Source: a virus. Taken from it: a stretch of 37,425 bases of DNA. The number at the start of each line of letters is the position of its first letter. Positions within the stretch are counted from its first letter, which is position 1. Below the pieces are notes generated by a model. That model made no database searches, had not been told where the DNA came from, and saw only the letters and a list, made by a program, of their open reading frames with translations. The stretch is from positions 1 through 37,425 of IMG/VR virus record IMGVR_UViG_3300045988_057782; one strand, 5' to 3'. A program made the translations under genes and the position numbers. This document shows positions 1 to 8,517 of this stretch, piece by piece.

Positions 1-55
1 ATACTTTCAGCGGCGGCAATTGTTTTTGAAGATTTCCAAAGGGTCATCTTAGAAC
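1..55. repeat. 55-bp sequence identical to 37371-37425 (window ends overlap; circular closure or terminal repeat)
   Basis: Direct comparison shows bases 1-55 equal to 37371-37425. Confidence 0.9.
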
Positions 56-966
56 TATTTAAAAAGTTTGATGTCATGAATCTCGAGGACGAGGAACTTG
101 ATGCAAGAGTCTTACAAATAGCAGGTATCAAAAGAAAACAAGCCACACAGTCTACTGGAGAAGTGACAATAACTGGAGCACCCAACACTGTCATCCCAAA
201 GGAAACTGTATTTTTAGCAGGTAGTCTGGAATTTAGGATTGACCAAGACTATGTAATACCCGATACAGGAAATATTACGATTAAGGTTAAATCTGTAAGT
301 TATGGTGGAGATGCCAATGTCTTACCCAATGCCATTGACAAGTCCAATCCTCAAATAATGGGAGTGGATAACATATCCAATGCCAAAGAGATTAACAATG
401 GCTATGACCAAGAAACAGATGATGACTTAAGAGAAAGATATTTAGAAAAATTACTCCACCCACCAAAGGCTGGCAATCCTGCTCACTATAAGCTATGGGC
501 AACGGAAGTCGACGGAATTTGGAACGCTAAAGTCTTTAGGACTTGGCAAGGTGGCGGTACTGTTAAGGTTGTAGTTATAGGACTTAACAGAAAGGCAGTA
601 GGACCTGACCTAATAGAAAAGGTTAAAAAACATATCCTAGAAGAAGCTCCTATAAGATATGAGAGCCTGACAGTTGAGAGTGCAACAACAAAAAAAGTTA
701 AGGTCGATGTAAAAATTAAACTCACTCAAAATGCCAACTTAATCGAAGTTAAGGAAGAAATAAAAGATAGGATAGAGAAATACTTTTACAGTATATCCTT
801 TAAGGAAAGCATTGTATCCTATGCCAAGGTTGGGGCTGAGATACTTAAGGTCCCTGGAGTCGCTGACTATGATGACTTAAAACTTAATGGCAGTATGGGA
901 AATGTAGTTATGAAAGAAACTGAAGTGCCAGAACTAGAAAGCTTGGGGGTGACAACAGATGAATAA
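1..966 (+). CDS. Baseplate J-like protein (PBSX XkdT-like), C-terminal part; the frame is open from base 1 and continues the ORF that starts at 37278
   Basis: Frame 1 is open from base 1 through the stop at 966. The translation ILSAAAIVFEDFQRVILE matches the end of the 37278 ORF. Size and position after XkdS-like genes fit the baseplate J family. Confidence 0.75.
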   Translation: MLSAAAIVFEDFQRVILELFKKFDVMNLEDEELDARVLQIAGIKRKQATQSTGEVTITGAPNTVIPKETVFLAGSLEFRIDQDYVIPDTGNITIKVKSVSYGGDANVLPNAIDKSNPQIMGVDNISNAKEINNGYDQETDDDLRERYLEKLLHPPKAGNPAHYKLWATEVDGIWNAKVFRTWQGGGTVKVVVIGLNRKAVGPDLIEKVKKHILEEAPIRYESLTVESATTKKVKVDVKIKLTQNANLIEVKEEIKDRIEKYFYSISFKESIVSYAKVGAEILKVPGVADYDDLKLNGSMGNVVMKETEVPELESLGVTTDE

Positions 967-1303
967 CATGCAAATGGTTGAAAAGAATAGGGTCTTAAAG
1001 GAAAGTCTCATATCAAGGCAAGTCTACTGTGCCTTAGAAAACACAGAGGAAGTAAAGGCAGGGTCTTACAAGAGAGTGGCTGTAACTTTTACAGAGCCAT
1101 CAAATGGGCAAGTACAAAACTCTAAGGATATTGAATTTCCAATCGCCCAAGAGGACTGGGGTAATATTACAAAGATTAGTCTCTACGATGCCATGACTGG
1201 TGGCAATAAGATTTGGGAGGGTACTCCCGAAGTGGTTAAGTCCATAGGGATAGCAAGTCAATATAAGATACCTAGAGGTTATATGATTATAAGGTTGAGA
1301 TAG
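959..1303 (+). CDS. Hypothetical baseplate/tail protein
   Basis: ORF overlaps the baseplate J stop (ATGA coupling) and sits inside the tail module. No recognisable motif. Confidence 0.5.
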   Translation: MNNMQMVEKNRVLKESLISRQVYCALENTEEVKAGSYKRVAVTFTEPSNGQVQNSKDIEFPIAQEDWGNITKISLYDAMTGGNKIWEGTPEVVKSIGIASQYKIPRGYMIIRLR

Positions 1304-1304
1304 T

Positions 1305-2132
1305 ATGGGAAAAATAATTTTTGAGTCCTCTTATGGGACAGTCAAAAAAAGGACCTGGTCTAGTCTAAGAAATAACCAATGGCAAGACTTTGCCCTGGTG
1401 CTTATGGAAATGGACCAGGAATTACAAGCCAAGGGAGTAAAAGTTGATAGAGGTAAGGTAGGAATGGAGACAGACACAGAAATGGGTGATGTCTCTATTT
1501 TAGTGTCTGAACTTATGACCAAGACCTTAGTAATGGAAGAAGAAACAGATATGCAGGTGGCAATTTTTGTATCTGCTATTAATTTCTTCGAGATGCTGAT
1601 TTACTTCTTGCCTTGGTATGACAAGATAAATCCAACTTTTATAAATCTTTGCAAGGTCCTTGATGTATCTTACAGATATATGGAAGAGCAGGTAGCAAGG
1701 GTAGATAGAAATCTTAATCTTGATAGTGCCATAGAGATGCTACCTTACTTTGAGGAGCGACTTGGTATAAGGACAGACCCAGACATATCCTACAAGCAAA
1801 GGAGAAGACAGATACAAGCAGTCCTAAACTTGATGCACAAGCAGACAGATGAGGAAGCTATAAAACAACTGTGTAGTGCCTTTTCTAATAATGATGCTGG
1901 GGTCGAGGTTTTGAAAACTGAAAATCCTTATGTCTATGAAATACGCTTTGTGGCAAATGGCTTACCTAATAATCTTGATGAGTTTGAGAGGATGCTTAGG
2001 ATAAATATGCCAGCAGACCTAGACTGGAAATTTACCTACACTCAAAAGACGTGGAAGGAAGCTACAAAGGATGTAAGATGGCGAGATTTAGAGCCTATAA
2101 GTTGGAGAAAATTTAATGAGTATAAGGGGTGA
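1305..2132 (+). CDS. Putative phage tail protein, DUF2313 / XkdU-YmfQ-like
   Basis: Sits after baseplate J as in PBSX-like modules. Carries LPYFE..LGI and RRRQI-type motifs typical of that family. Confidence 0.55.
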   Translation: MGKIIFESSYGTVKKRTWSSLRNNQWQDFALVLMEMDQELQAKGVKVDRGKVGMETDTEMGDVSILVSELMTKTLVMEEETDMQVAIFVSAINFFEMLIYFLPWYDKINPTFINLCKVLDVSYRYMEEQVARVDRNLNLDSAIEMLPYFEERLGIRTDPDISYKQRRRQIQAVLNLMHKQTDEEAIKQLCSAFSNNDAGVEVLKTENPYVYEIRFVANGLPNNLDEFERMLRINMPADLDWKFTYTQKTWKEATKDVRWRDLEPISWRKFNEYKG

Positions 2133-2138
2133 TGATAG

Positions 2139-2684
2139 GTGCAAAAAACAAAAAATTATAACTTAAACAAACCAGAGCCAGATGACTATGTCATCGTGAG
2201 TGACCTGAATTTTAACATGGACGAGATTGACAAACTTATAAAGGCTGTAAACGATGCTCTTGATGTACTGAGTACAGACGGGGTTGATCTTATGGATCTT
2301 TTAAAGAAAAAGGCAGACCTGGACGAAAAGGGTAAGGTCCTTGTAAGTCAACTACCAGACCTTGATATCTACAAGGATGTCTTGATGTATGGGGCGAGGG
2401 GTAACTTCCCATCTACTGGTAATACTAAAAAATTATATGTAGATAAGTCTGGAGCCAAGATTTATAGGTGGACTGGGTCTACTTATGTGGAGTTATCTCC
2501 ACAACTTAAGATTGGAGAGGTTAAGGACACTGCCTTTGATGGTGCCAGGGGTAAGGCTCTGGAAGATGCCATGAAGCAGAGATACACAAAAAAAGAAGTT
2601 GATGACCTACTAGATAAAAAACTAATAGAATTTAGAGAAGAAATAAATAGCGACATTATAGAGCAAATTCTTGCATATAGTTAA
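2139..2684 (+). CDS. Putative tail fibre / receptor-binding protein
   Basis: Sits downstream of the baseplate genes. Gly/Thr-rich. Identity is positional only. Confidence 0.45.
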   Translation: MQKTKNYNLNKPEPDDYVIVSDLNFNMDEIDKLIKAVNDALDVLSTDGVDLMDLLKKKADLDEKGKVLVSQLPDLDIYKDVLMYGARGNFPSTGNTKKLYVDKSGAKIYRWTGSTYVELSPQLKIGEVKDTAFDGARGKALEDAMKQRYTKKEVDDLLDKKLIEFREEINSDIIEQILAYS

Positions 2685-2695
2685 GGAGTGATAAT

Positions 2696-2938
2696 ATGGC
2701 AAAATTAAAATTTGATAGGAGTATACTAATAAATTTAGAAAAAGATAATAAAACGCAGGTTCCAAGAGATGAGGTTTGGAAAGGTACATTAATTGCTGGA
2801 AGAGATAGTAGCATTAATTATAAAACACTAAATTATGATTCTCCTTACACTCGTGGAATGCACACTAATACTATACTTGGGGGGGGTACTTTGCTAGATG
2901 GAGTACTTTTCTCAGGGATTGCATTCAAGCTAGTATAG
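2696..2938 (+). CDS. Small Gly-rich tail-associated protein (paralog A)
   Basis: Strong RBS GGAGTG. Shares motifs with the next ORF: VPRDEVWKGTLIAG vs VPDGELWVGYIDAN, and GGGT..F vs GGGSAYAF. Confidence 0.45.
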   Translation: MAKLKFDRSILINLEKDNKTQVPRDEVWKGTLIAGRDSSINYKTLNYDSPYTRGMHTNTILGGGTLLDGVLFSGIAFKLV

Positions 2939-2966
2939 TGGCACTTGCTAAGGAGGTGACCTTAGC

Positions 2967-3290
2967 ATGAAATTAAAGAGAACTATTGCAGTAGCGATAA
3001 ACTATGGTGAAGGAATGAAAGTGCCAGACGGAGAGTTATGGGTTGGATATATTGATGCAAATATTGTAGTAGATACAAAAAAAGTAACGAAGGGATCTCA
3101 ATATGCCTATGGTAATGATTTAGCACGTGGCGTAAATACATCAGATAGAGTAGATAGAGGTAGAATCAAAAAATTTTATGGAACACCAGGCTCTATAATT
3201 TACGCTACAGGTAATAATGCTGGGGGCGGGAGTGCTTATGCCTTTACTTGTTTGGTATTTGATATTTCTAAGGAGGTAAATAATGTATAA
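2967..3290 (+). CDS. Small Gly-rich tail-associated protein (paralog B)
   Basis: RBS AAGGAGGTG. Paralogous to 2696-2938. Confidence 0.45.
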   Translation: MKLKRTIAVAINYGEGMKVPDGELWVGYIDANIVVDTKKVTKGSQYAYGNDLARGVNTSDRVDRGRIKKFYGTPGSIIYATGNNAGGGSAYAFTCLVFDISKEVNNV

Positions 3291-3639
3291 GTTTATACAA
3301 TGTGGCTGTGAAATATTTTGGGAGCCACAAGACAGAAATTTAGGTTTTAAAATTGTGGAAGAAGTTACTGGTAAAAAGGGAACAGTTGATAACCCTGTAA
3401 TAGTAACGGAAGAAGAAAGGGAAGAAATTATAAAGCTATACGCTGAAAGGAATAATGACCCAGTAGAACAACCTAAGGAAGATGAAGTAAAACCAAGTGT
3501 TACAGATGCACTTGCAAAGGAAATAACTAAGTTAAAAATTGAAAGCATGAAAGAAAAGGCTGTAAATACAAACTTAGGTAAGGAAGTAACAAAGTTAAAG
3601 TTAGGTATGATGAAATTACAAGGAGGTAAATTACAATGA
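3283..3639 (+). CDS. XkdW-like tail-fibre-associated protein, with internal KEITKLK / KEVTKLK repeat
   Basis: RBS AAGGAGGT. Position matches PBSX xkdW. Confidence 0.45.
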   Translation: MYKFIQCGCEIFWEPQDRNLGFKIVEEVTGKKGTVDNPVIVTEEEREEIIKLYAERNNDPVEQPKEDEVKPSVTDALAKEITKLKIESMKEKAVNTNLGKEVTKLKLGMMKLQGGKLQ

Positions 3640-3773
3640 CTTTTTGGAAAATGGCTTGGGAATACGGATGGGCTGACATCGACACTATGAGAATGGCAGT
3701 AAAAACTGAATTAAATCCTTTTGGAGAAATCACAAAGGAAGAATTTAAGGAAATCACTGGACAAGATTTTTAA
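3636..3773 (+). CDS. XkdX-family mini-protein, 45 aa (MTFWKMAWEYGWADIDTMRMAVKTELNPFGEITKEEFKEITGQDF); not in the ORF track
   Basis: AGGAGG sits 9 nt upstream. ATGA overlap with the previous stop. Shows the W..Y.GW......V....IT.EEFKEITG pattern of the XkdX family. Followed by a terminator. Confidence 0.55.
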   Translation: MTFWKMAWEYGWADIDTMRMAVKTELNPFGEITKEEFKEITGQDF

Positions 3774-3775
3774 GT

Positions 3776-3803
3776 GAGAGAGGATAAAACCTCTCTCTTT
3801 TTT
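3776..3803 (+). terminator. Rho-independent terminator (GAGAGAGG-loop-CCTCTCTC plus T6) ending the tail operon
   Basis: Perfect 8-bp stem, 6-nt loop and a run of six T. Confidence 0.6.
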
Positions 3804-3820
3804 ATGGAAGAGGGTGACAC

Positions 3821-4165
3821 ATGGAATATAAAACAATTGAGGAACTTTATCTAGCAGTGGGAGTTGCAGGAGCGATTATTGTTGTTTTCCTTGGAGTTTT
3901 TGTCTACACGATAGTACAGAACGACAAGAGACGAAGCCAAGAGATGACTGAAATAATAAGAGAATTAAGAAACTTGCAGATGAACGACACAAACTTTCAA
4001 AATGCAATGGAAAATCTTTCTGAAGCAGTTAAAGAGCTTTCAACAACGAACAAAATTGTAGCAGATACAGTTAGTAAAGTTGATTACTACAACCGAGAAC
4101 TCCACAAAAAACTAGATAAGCATGATGAAAAATCAGACAAAATATTAGATGAATTAAGAAAATAA
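3821..4165 (+). CDS. Membrane-anchored coiled-coil protein, possibly XhlA-like lysis accessory
   Basis: One N-terminal TM helix followed by a charged coiled coil. Sits directly upstream of the endolysin. Confidence 0.5.
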   Translation: MEYKTIEELYLAVGVAGAIIVVFLGVFVYTIVQNDKRRSQEMTEIIRELRNLQMNDTNFQNAMENLSEAVKELSTTNKIVADTVSKVDYYNRELHKKLDKHDEKSDKILDELRK

Positions 4166-4213
4166 GGCGGCTTTAATAGCTGCCTTTCAATGTGCAATAA
4201 AGGAGTTGATAAC

Positions 4214-5464
4214 ATGGTAAAAATAATGTTAGACCCTGGCCATGGGGCTGGTCCTGCTCATAATAGAGGTTTTAAGCAGGTTGACAATCTACCCTATTGT
4301 AATGAGGGAGATTGCAACTATATCTATGCCAGAGATTTTTTAAAACCTGCTCTTGAGAGATATGGTTTTAAAGTTGACATGACTAGGAGTGACATCTGGC
4401 AAAATCCAAGCCTTAAGACCAGGGGATTTATGGCAAGGAGTTATGACTTACTTCTATCAGTCCATAGTAATGCGGCTGGTGGGAATGTAAGAGGTGTAGA
4501 GGTTTGGGACTCTACTAACCCTAAGGAGTCTTGCAAGGCTTTAGGGGACAAGATTTGTGCTTATGTGTCAGGTGCTTTGGGAACTCCTAACAGAGGGACT
4601 AAGTATAGAAGAAATAACAATGGATCTAATTATTATGGGATTCTAAGGTTAGGTTATGCTAAGAAAAATATGATAGTTGAGCATGTATTCCACGACAATT
4701 TACAAGATGCAACAGTCTACAGAAAAAACCTTGATAAGACTGCAAATGCAGTAGCAAGAGCAATTGCAGAGTTTTATGGACTTACAGAAAAGACTGGAGA
4801 AGTTAAAAATCCACCGGTAGAACTAACTGAAGAAAAATTTATACAGTCTATTGTGGATGACCTTAGAGGACAAAAACTTAATATCTTGCCATCTGTGACT
4901 ACTGCACAGGCTATCCTTGAAAGTAATTGGGGTAAGTCCTCACTTGCAAGGGAAGCATTTAACTTATTTGGAATTAAAGCATCTAAGGACTGGACCGGGG
5001 AAGTTTATAAAAAACAAACCAAGGAGCAAAAGAAAACTGGAGAAGTTTACACAATTACTGCTGAATTTAGGAAGTATGGCTCTTATTTAGAATCCATTAA
5101 AGATCATGACAAGTTTTTTGTATCAACACCTTGGAGAAGGGAAAATTATAGAAGAGTCTTAGAAGCTAAAAACTATAAGACACAAGCACTTGCTCTTAGA
5201 GAGTGTGGATATGCAACAGACTTAAATTATGGCCATAAGCTAATCCAACTCATAGAAAGATTAGGCTTACAACAATATGATAAAGGAGTGGGAAAAATCG
5301 TGACTAGAGACAATTCTGTACCAAGTGACTGGGCAAAAGAAGACTGGGAATGGGGCAAAGAAAAAGGAATTACTGACGGAAGTAATCCTGGCGGAGCCTG
5401 TACCCGTGAACAAGTTATATCAATGATAAGAAGATATGATAAGCAAAGAGAGGTGGAGAAATGA
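4214..5464 (+). CDS. Endolysin: N-acetylmuramoyl-L-alanine amidase (Amidase_3) fused to a glucosaminidase domain and a C-terminal wall-binding region
   Basis: MLDPGHGAG amidase_3 motif. AQAILESNWGKSSLAREAFNLFGIKA glucosaminidase motif. RBS AAAGGAG 8 nt upstream of ATG 4214; the track start at 4190 is probably too early. Confidence 0.85.
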   Translation: MVKIMLDPGHGAGPAHNRGFKQVDNLPYCNEGDCNYIYARDFLKPALERYGFKVDMTRSDIWQNPSLKTRGFMARSYDLLLSVHSNAAGGNVRGVEVWDSTNPKESCKALGDKICAYVSGALGTPNRGTKYRRNNNGSNYYGILRLGYAKKNMIVEHVFHDNLQDATVYRKNLDKTANAVARAIAEFYGLTEKTGEVKNPPVELTEEKFIQSIVDDLRGQKLNILPSVTTAQAILESNWGKSSLAREAFNLFGIKASKDWTGEVYKKQTKEQKKTGEVYTITAEFRKYGSYLESIKDHDKFFVSTPWRRENYRRVLEAKNYKTQALALRECGYATDLNYGHKLIQLIERLGLQQYDKGVGKIVTRDNSVPSDWAKEDWEWGKEKGITDGSNPGGACTREQVISMIRRYDKQREVEK

Positions 5465-5700
5465 AGAAAGAAGACTTTTTAAGGAAGTTAGGAAGTCGTA
5501 AGTTTTGGGCTTGTATCAGTGCAGTTGTAATTGCTTTAATTGCTTTTACAAGTGCGGAGCCTGAAACAACAGAAAGAGTAGTAGCCTTGGTGTCTGCCAT
5601 TGGCGGTTTATGTATATATATGTTAAGCGAAGGAATAGCAGATTCTAAGCCTACAGATATTACAAATGTAATTAATACGGAAGATTACAAAGAAGATTAA
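5461..5700 (+). CDS. Holin (phiLC3/LL-H-like, two TM helices)
   Basis: 79 aa with two hydrophobic helices and a charged C-terminus. ATGA overlap with the endolysin stop. Confidence 0.7.
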   Translation: MKKEDFLRKLGSRKFWACISAVVIALIAFTSAEPETTERVVALVSAIGGLCIYMLSEGIADSKPTDITNVINTEDYKED

Positions 5701-5771
5701 GATTTAGTACGTATGTAACTTTTAATAAATAGTAGAATTAAAATAATTTATAACTTTTCTAATGCAATTGA

Positions 5772-5801
5772 GCTCAGAGAGAAATCTCTGGGCCTTTTTT
5801 T
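5772..5801 (+). terminator. Rho-independent terminator after the lysis cassette
   Basis: CTCAGAGA-gaaa-TCTCTGGG hairpin followed by T7. Confidence 0.55.
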
Positions 5802-5836
5802 ATTGAAAATATTTTGAAAAAAATTTAAAAAAGGTG

Positions 5837-5865
5837 TTGATTTTTATATATGCCCGTAGTATAAT
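5837..5865 (+). promoter_or_regulatory. Consensus sigma-A promoter P1 (TTGATT-17-TATAAT with upstream A/T tract), copy 1 of a duplicated ~50-bp block
   Basis: -35 at 5837-5842 and -10 at 5860-5865. The block is identical to 6353-6406. Confidence 0.6.
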
Positions 5866-5917
5866 GTAATTACAGTTAAGGAAGACTTAACGAGTTAGAG
5901 CAAGAGGGAGGAGTAAA

Positions 5918-6058
5918 ATGCAAGAAGAAATGACGAGATTAGAATTATTAACTGTTTTGTATTCTTTACAAGCTTTGCTAAATGCAGATAAGACAGAAGA
6001 AGCAAAAGAGGTTATAGAAAAAATAATCAAAGAGGCAGAAAAAAAGCCTAACGAATAA
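5918..6058 (+). CDS. Small helical protein, 46 aa (MQEEMTRLELLTVLYSLQALLNADKTEEAKEVIEKIIKEAEKKPNE); not in the ORF track
   Basis: GGGAGGAG RBS 6 nt upstream. Sits immediately downstream of P1 and is followed by a hairpin. Confidence 0.45.
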   Translation: MQEEMTRLELLTVLYSLQALLNADKTEEAKEVIEKIIKEAEKKPNE

Positions 6059-6086
6059 TCGCTAGGCACACACAAAAATATAAGAT

Positions 6087-6111
6087 AGAGGGACTTGCTC
6101 CCCTCTTTCTT
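6087..6111 (+). terminator. Possible weak terminator (AGAGGG-loop-CCCTCT plus TTCTT)
   Basis: 6-bp stem with an interrupted U tract. Confidence 0.35.
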
Positions 6112-6156
6112 ATAAATATTTTATCATTGGAGCAAGGGAAAAACAAGGAGCGTAAA

Positions 6157-6354
6157 ATGGAATCAAAAAAAGCAGTATCAGAAGCACAGAAAAGAGCATC
6201 AAGAAAGTGGGACGCTGCTAATAAAGAAAAGAAAGATAAAAGCAGAACTAAGAGCGGATGCAAAAAATATATAAATACCTATGCAACGCTAGAAGACTTA
6301 GAAGAAGTTAGATTATGGATAAAAGATAGAGAAAATATCTTAAAAAATAATTAA
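6157..6354 (+). CDS. Small basic protein, 65 aa, lysine-rich (MESKKAVSEAQKRASRKWDAANKEKKDKSR...)
   Basis: RBS AAGGAG 7 nt upstream of ATG 6157. The track start at 6127 lacks an RBS. Confidence 0.5.
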   Translation: MESKKAVSEAQKRASRKWDAANKEKKDKSRTKSGCKKYINTYATLEDLEEVRLWIKDRENILKNN

Positions 6355-6371
6355 AAAATTTAAAAAAGGTG

Positions 6372-6400
6372 TTGATTTTTATATATGCCCGTAGTATAAT
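6372..6400 (+). promoter_or_regulatory. Consensus sigma-A promoter P2 (exact duplicate of P1)
   Basis: -35 at 6372-6377 and -10 at 6395-6400. Identical block to P1. Confidence 0.6.
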
Positions 6401-6530
6401 GTAATCAGAAAGTAAGAAGTAACAAAAAAGATAGCCCAGATCAAGTTTGGCGACCAGACTGGACTATCAAGAGTAACCACTCCGCTAGAAGTGATTACTC
6501 CTATTATAACAAATTTTAGGAGGATAAAAA

Positions 6531-6833
6531 ATGAAATTAAGAAATTTTGGAAAAATTAAGGTATCAGAAGGCGAAACTAATAGAATTTATGTAAACACAG
6601 ATAATTACTTTGGAGAAAGAATAGTCTTTTCTCACAAGTACATGGATGGACGTAGAGGAGATTTTAGCACTATCGGATATATTGACATAGAAATGGAATC
6701 TTGGTTAAGTGACTGGTATCAATCAGAGCCAATGAACTACTGGGGAAACTTTGAAGATATGGCAACTGACTACATGGTAGAAAAAGGATACGCTTGTATA
6801 GGAGTGTATGGAGGGTTAGTATTAATAGATTAA
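6531..6833 (+). CDS. Hypothetical aromatic-rich acidic protein, 100 aa (moron)
   Basis: RBS AGGAGG. Preceded by a ~125-nt leader from P2 and followed by a strong terminator. Confidence 0.6.
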   Translation: MKLRNFGKIKVSEGETNRIYVNTDNYFGERIVFSHKYMDGRRGDFSTIGYIDIEMESWLSDWYQSEPMNYWGNFEDMATDYMVEKGYACIGVYGGLVLID

Positions 6834-6845
6834 TAAAATGAAAAA

Positions 6846-6873
6846 AGAGCTGTGAAGATACAGCTCTTTCTTT
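6846..6873 (+). terminator. Rho-independent terminator (AGAGCTGT-loop-ACAGCTCT plus TTCTTT)
   Basis: Perfect 8-bp stem followed by a T-rich tract. Confidence 0.6.
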
Positions 6874-6990
6874 GACATATTAGCTATGTCTTATTATATT
6901 TTTTACAATCCACTCAGTACAACTGATATTAATTTAATAATATCACTAATTAAATAATTTTCAAGAGTAATAGATCTAATTATGGATCTA

Positions 6991-8517
6991 TTATTTTTTT
7001 GCGTAAATTTCTGTTTTTGTAGTTTTTAAAAATATCGAATTAAAATCACGCCTCTCCATTGTGTACGCGGGGGCGTTGGTGTTGGAGGGGCGTGCAAATA
7101 TATTAAAAAAAATTTGCACTTCCTCCTTTGAAACGACAACCTTTCGGACCAATAACTGTATAAATTCTTTTTTGTTTAATTCTAAGTTATTATTTTTAAT
7201 TTTATTGAGCCAAATTCTAATTTCTTTTTTAATGTTTATTGGACCACCGGTAGATGCTAATAAATTATTAATTTCATTTTTTTCTTTATTCAATTCTTCT
7301 ATTTTAGATCTTATTTTTTCATTGGCACCAAAGGACATTACATATTCAACACAGTTATTTTCTTCTTTATCAATTTCACCTAGTCTTTTTTTAAGTGCAT
7401 TTTTGTCAGTGTTCCTTGACTCTAATACTTTTTTTGTTTCTTGCTCAATTCTGTCCACTAAGACATCAGCATTTTCCAAAATATAATTTCTTGCTACTGA
7501 CATAATATATTTCTCTAAGGCTTCTTTCTTTATAGCGTTATTACACTTTTTGCACCTATATCGACTATTACTTGGATATCTTGCATCTGTATATCCATAC
7601 ATTTTTTGACCACACTCACAAAATATAAGTCCTCTTAATGGATAATCGTGACGTTGTTTAACTGCTTTTTGATTTGCTCTATCTTTTACCATTTTTTGCA
7701 CCTTATAAAAAACATCCTTATCAATAATTGGTGGGATTGCATCGTAATTAATAACAACTTCTTCATCGGGTCTTTTGACTTCCAGAGTCTTTTTCCCAGT
7801 AGTATTATATTTAACATGTATTCTTCCATGTTCATAGATCCCAATGTATTTTTTGTTAGTTAAAATCCTACTTATTGATGTTTGGGAAAAATTCATTTTT
7901 TCTCTTGTTTTATATCCTTTTTCGTTAAGCTCCCTAGCTATTTTAGATTGAGACATACCGTCTAAATACATATCAAATATTAATTTTATTGTTGTAGCTT
8001 CGTAGGGATCTACCTTATATCTTTTTTCATCGTCTATAAAATAACCTAGTGGTGGTCGACCGCCATTAAAAAGTCCATTCCTAGCGTTATTATATTGCCC
8101 TCTTCTGGTGTCAGTACTTAAGTTATCGGAATAATATTGAGCAAAGCTCTCCAGAATACCTTCCATTAATCCACCCTCTGGAGTATCTGAGAGCCTTTGG
8201 GCGGCATATAAGACCTTGACACCTATACGAGATAGCTTTTCTTTATAAATTGCAGATTGATATTTGTTTCTGCTAAATCTGTCGACCTTATAAACAATTA
8301 CATAGTCGACTTTTCCATTATCCATTATGTCATTTATCATCGCTTTAAATTGTGGTCTATTGCTAGTTAACCCACTTATAGCCTCATCAGAATAATATTT
8401 TTTAATTAGGATTCCTTCAGATTCAGCATATTTTTTGATCTCGTAGAACTGTGCTTCTATGGATTCTTCTCTTTGGTTATCGCTAGAAAATCTAGCGTAA
8501 GCATAAGCAGTTTTCAT
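6991..8517 (-). CDS. Large serine recombinase (phage integrase)
   Basis: N-terminal resolvase domain with YARFSSDNQ. Recombinase domain. C-terminal zinc ribbon with CxxC...CxxC. 508 aa. Confidence 0.9.
   Translation of the reverse strand: MKTAYAYARFSSDNQREESIEAQFYEIKKYAESEGILIKKYYSDEAISGLTSNRPQFKAMINDIMDNGKVDYVIVYKVDRFSRNKYQSAIYKEKLSRIGVKVLYAAQRLSDTPEGGLMEGILESFAQYYSDNLSTDTRRGQYNNARNGLFNGGRPPLGYFIDDEKRYKVDPYEATTIKLIFDMYLDGMSQSKIARELNEKGYKTREKMNFSQTSISRILTNKKYIGIYEHGRIHVKYNTTGKKTLEVKRPDEEVVINYDAIPPIIDKDVFYKVQKMVKDRANQKAVKQRHDYPLRGLIFCECGQKMYGYTDARYPSNSRYRCKKCNNAIKKEALEKYIMSVARNYILENADVLVDRIEQETKKVLESRNTDKNALKKRLGEIDKEENNCVEYVMSFGANEKIRSKIEELNKEKNEINNLLASTGGPINIKKEIRIWLNKIKNNNLELNKKEFIQLLVRKVVVSKEEVQIFFNIFARPSNTNAPAYTMERRDFNSIFLKTTKTEIYAKK

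Noticed and set aside
3141-3757. Minus-strand ORFs at 3141-3548 and 3527-3757 across the tail fibre-associated genes
   Set aside because: Antisense to coupled plus-strand genes that have RBSs. Ser/Ile-rich low-complexity translation.
5887-6263. Minus-strand ORFs at 5887-6075 and 6048-6263 in the moron region
   Set aside because: They overlap plus-strand ORFs that have strong RBSs and sit directly downstream of consensus promoters. The minus-strand ORFs lack RBSs, so the plus-strand reading is preferred.
7061-7863. Plus-strand ORFs at 7061-7486 and 7648-7863 inside the integrase region
   Set aside because: Fully nested antisense to the 508-aa serine recombinase. Low-complexity Phe/Leu/Ser-rich translation of an AT-rich antisense strand.
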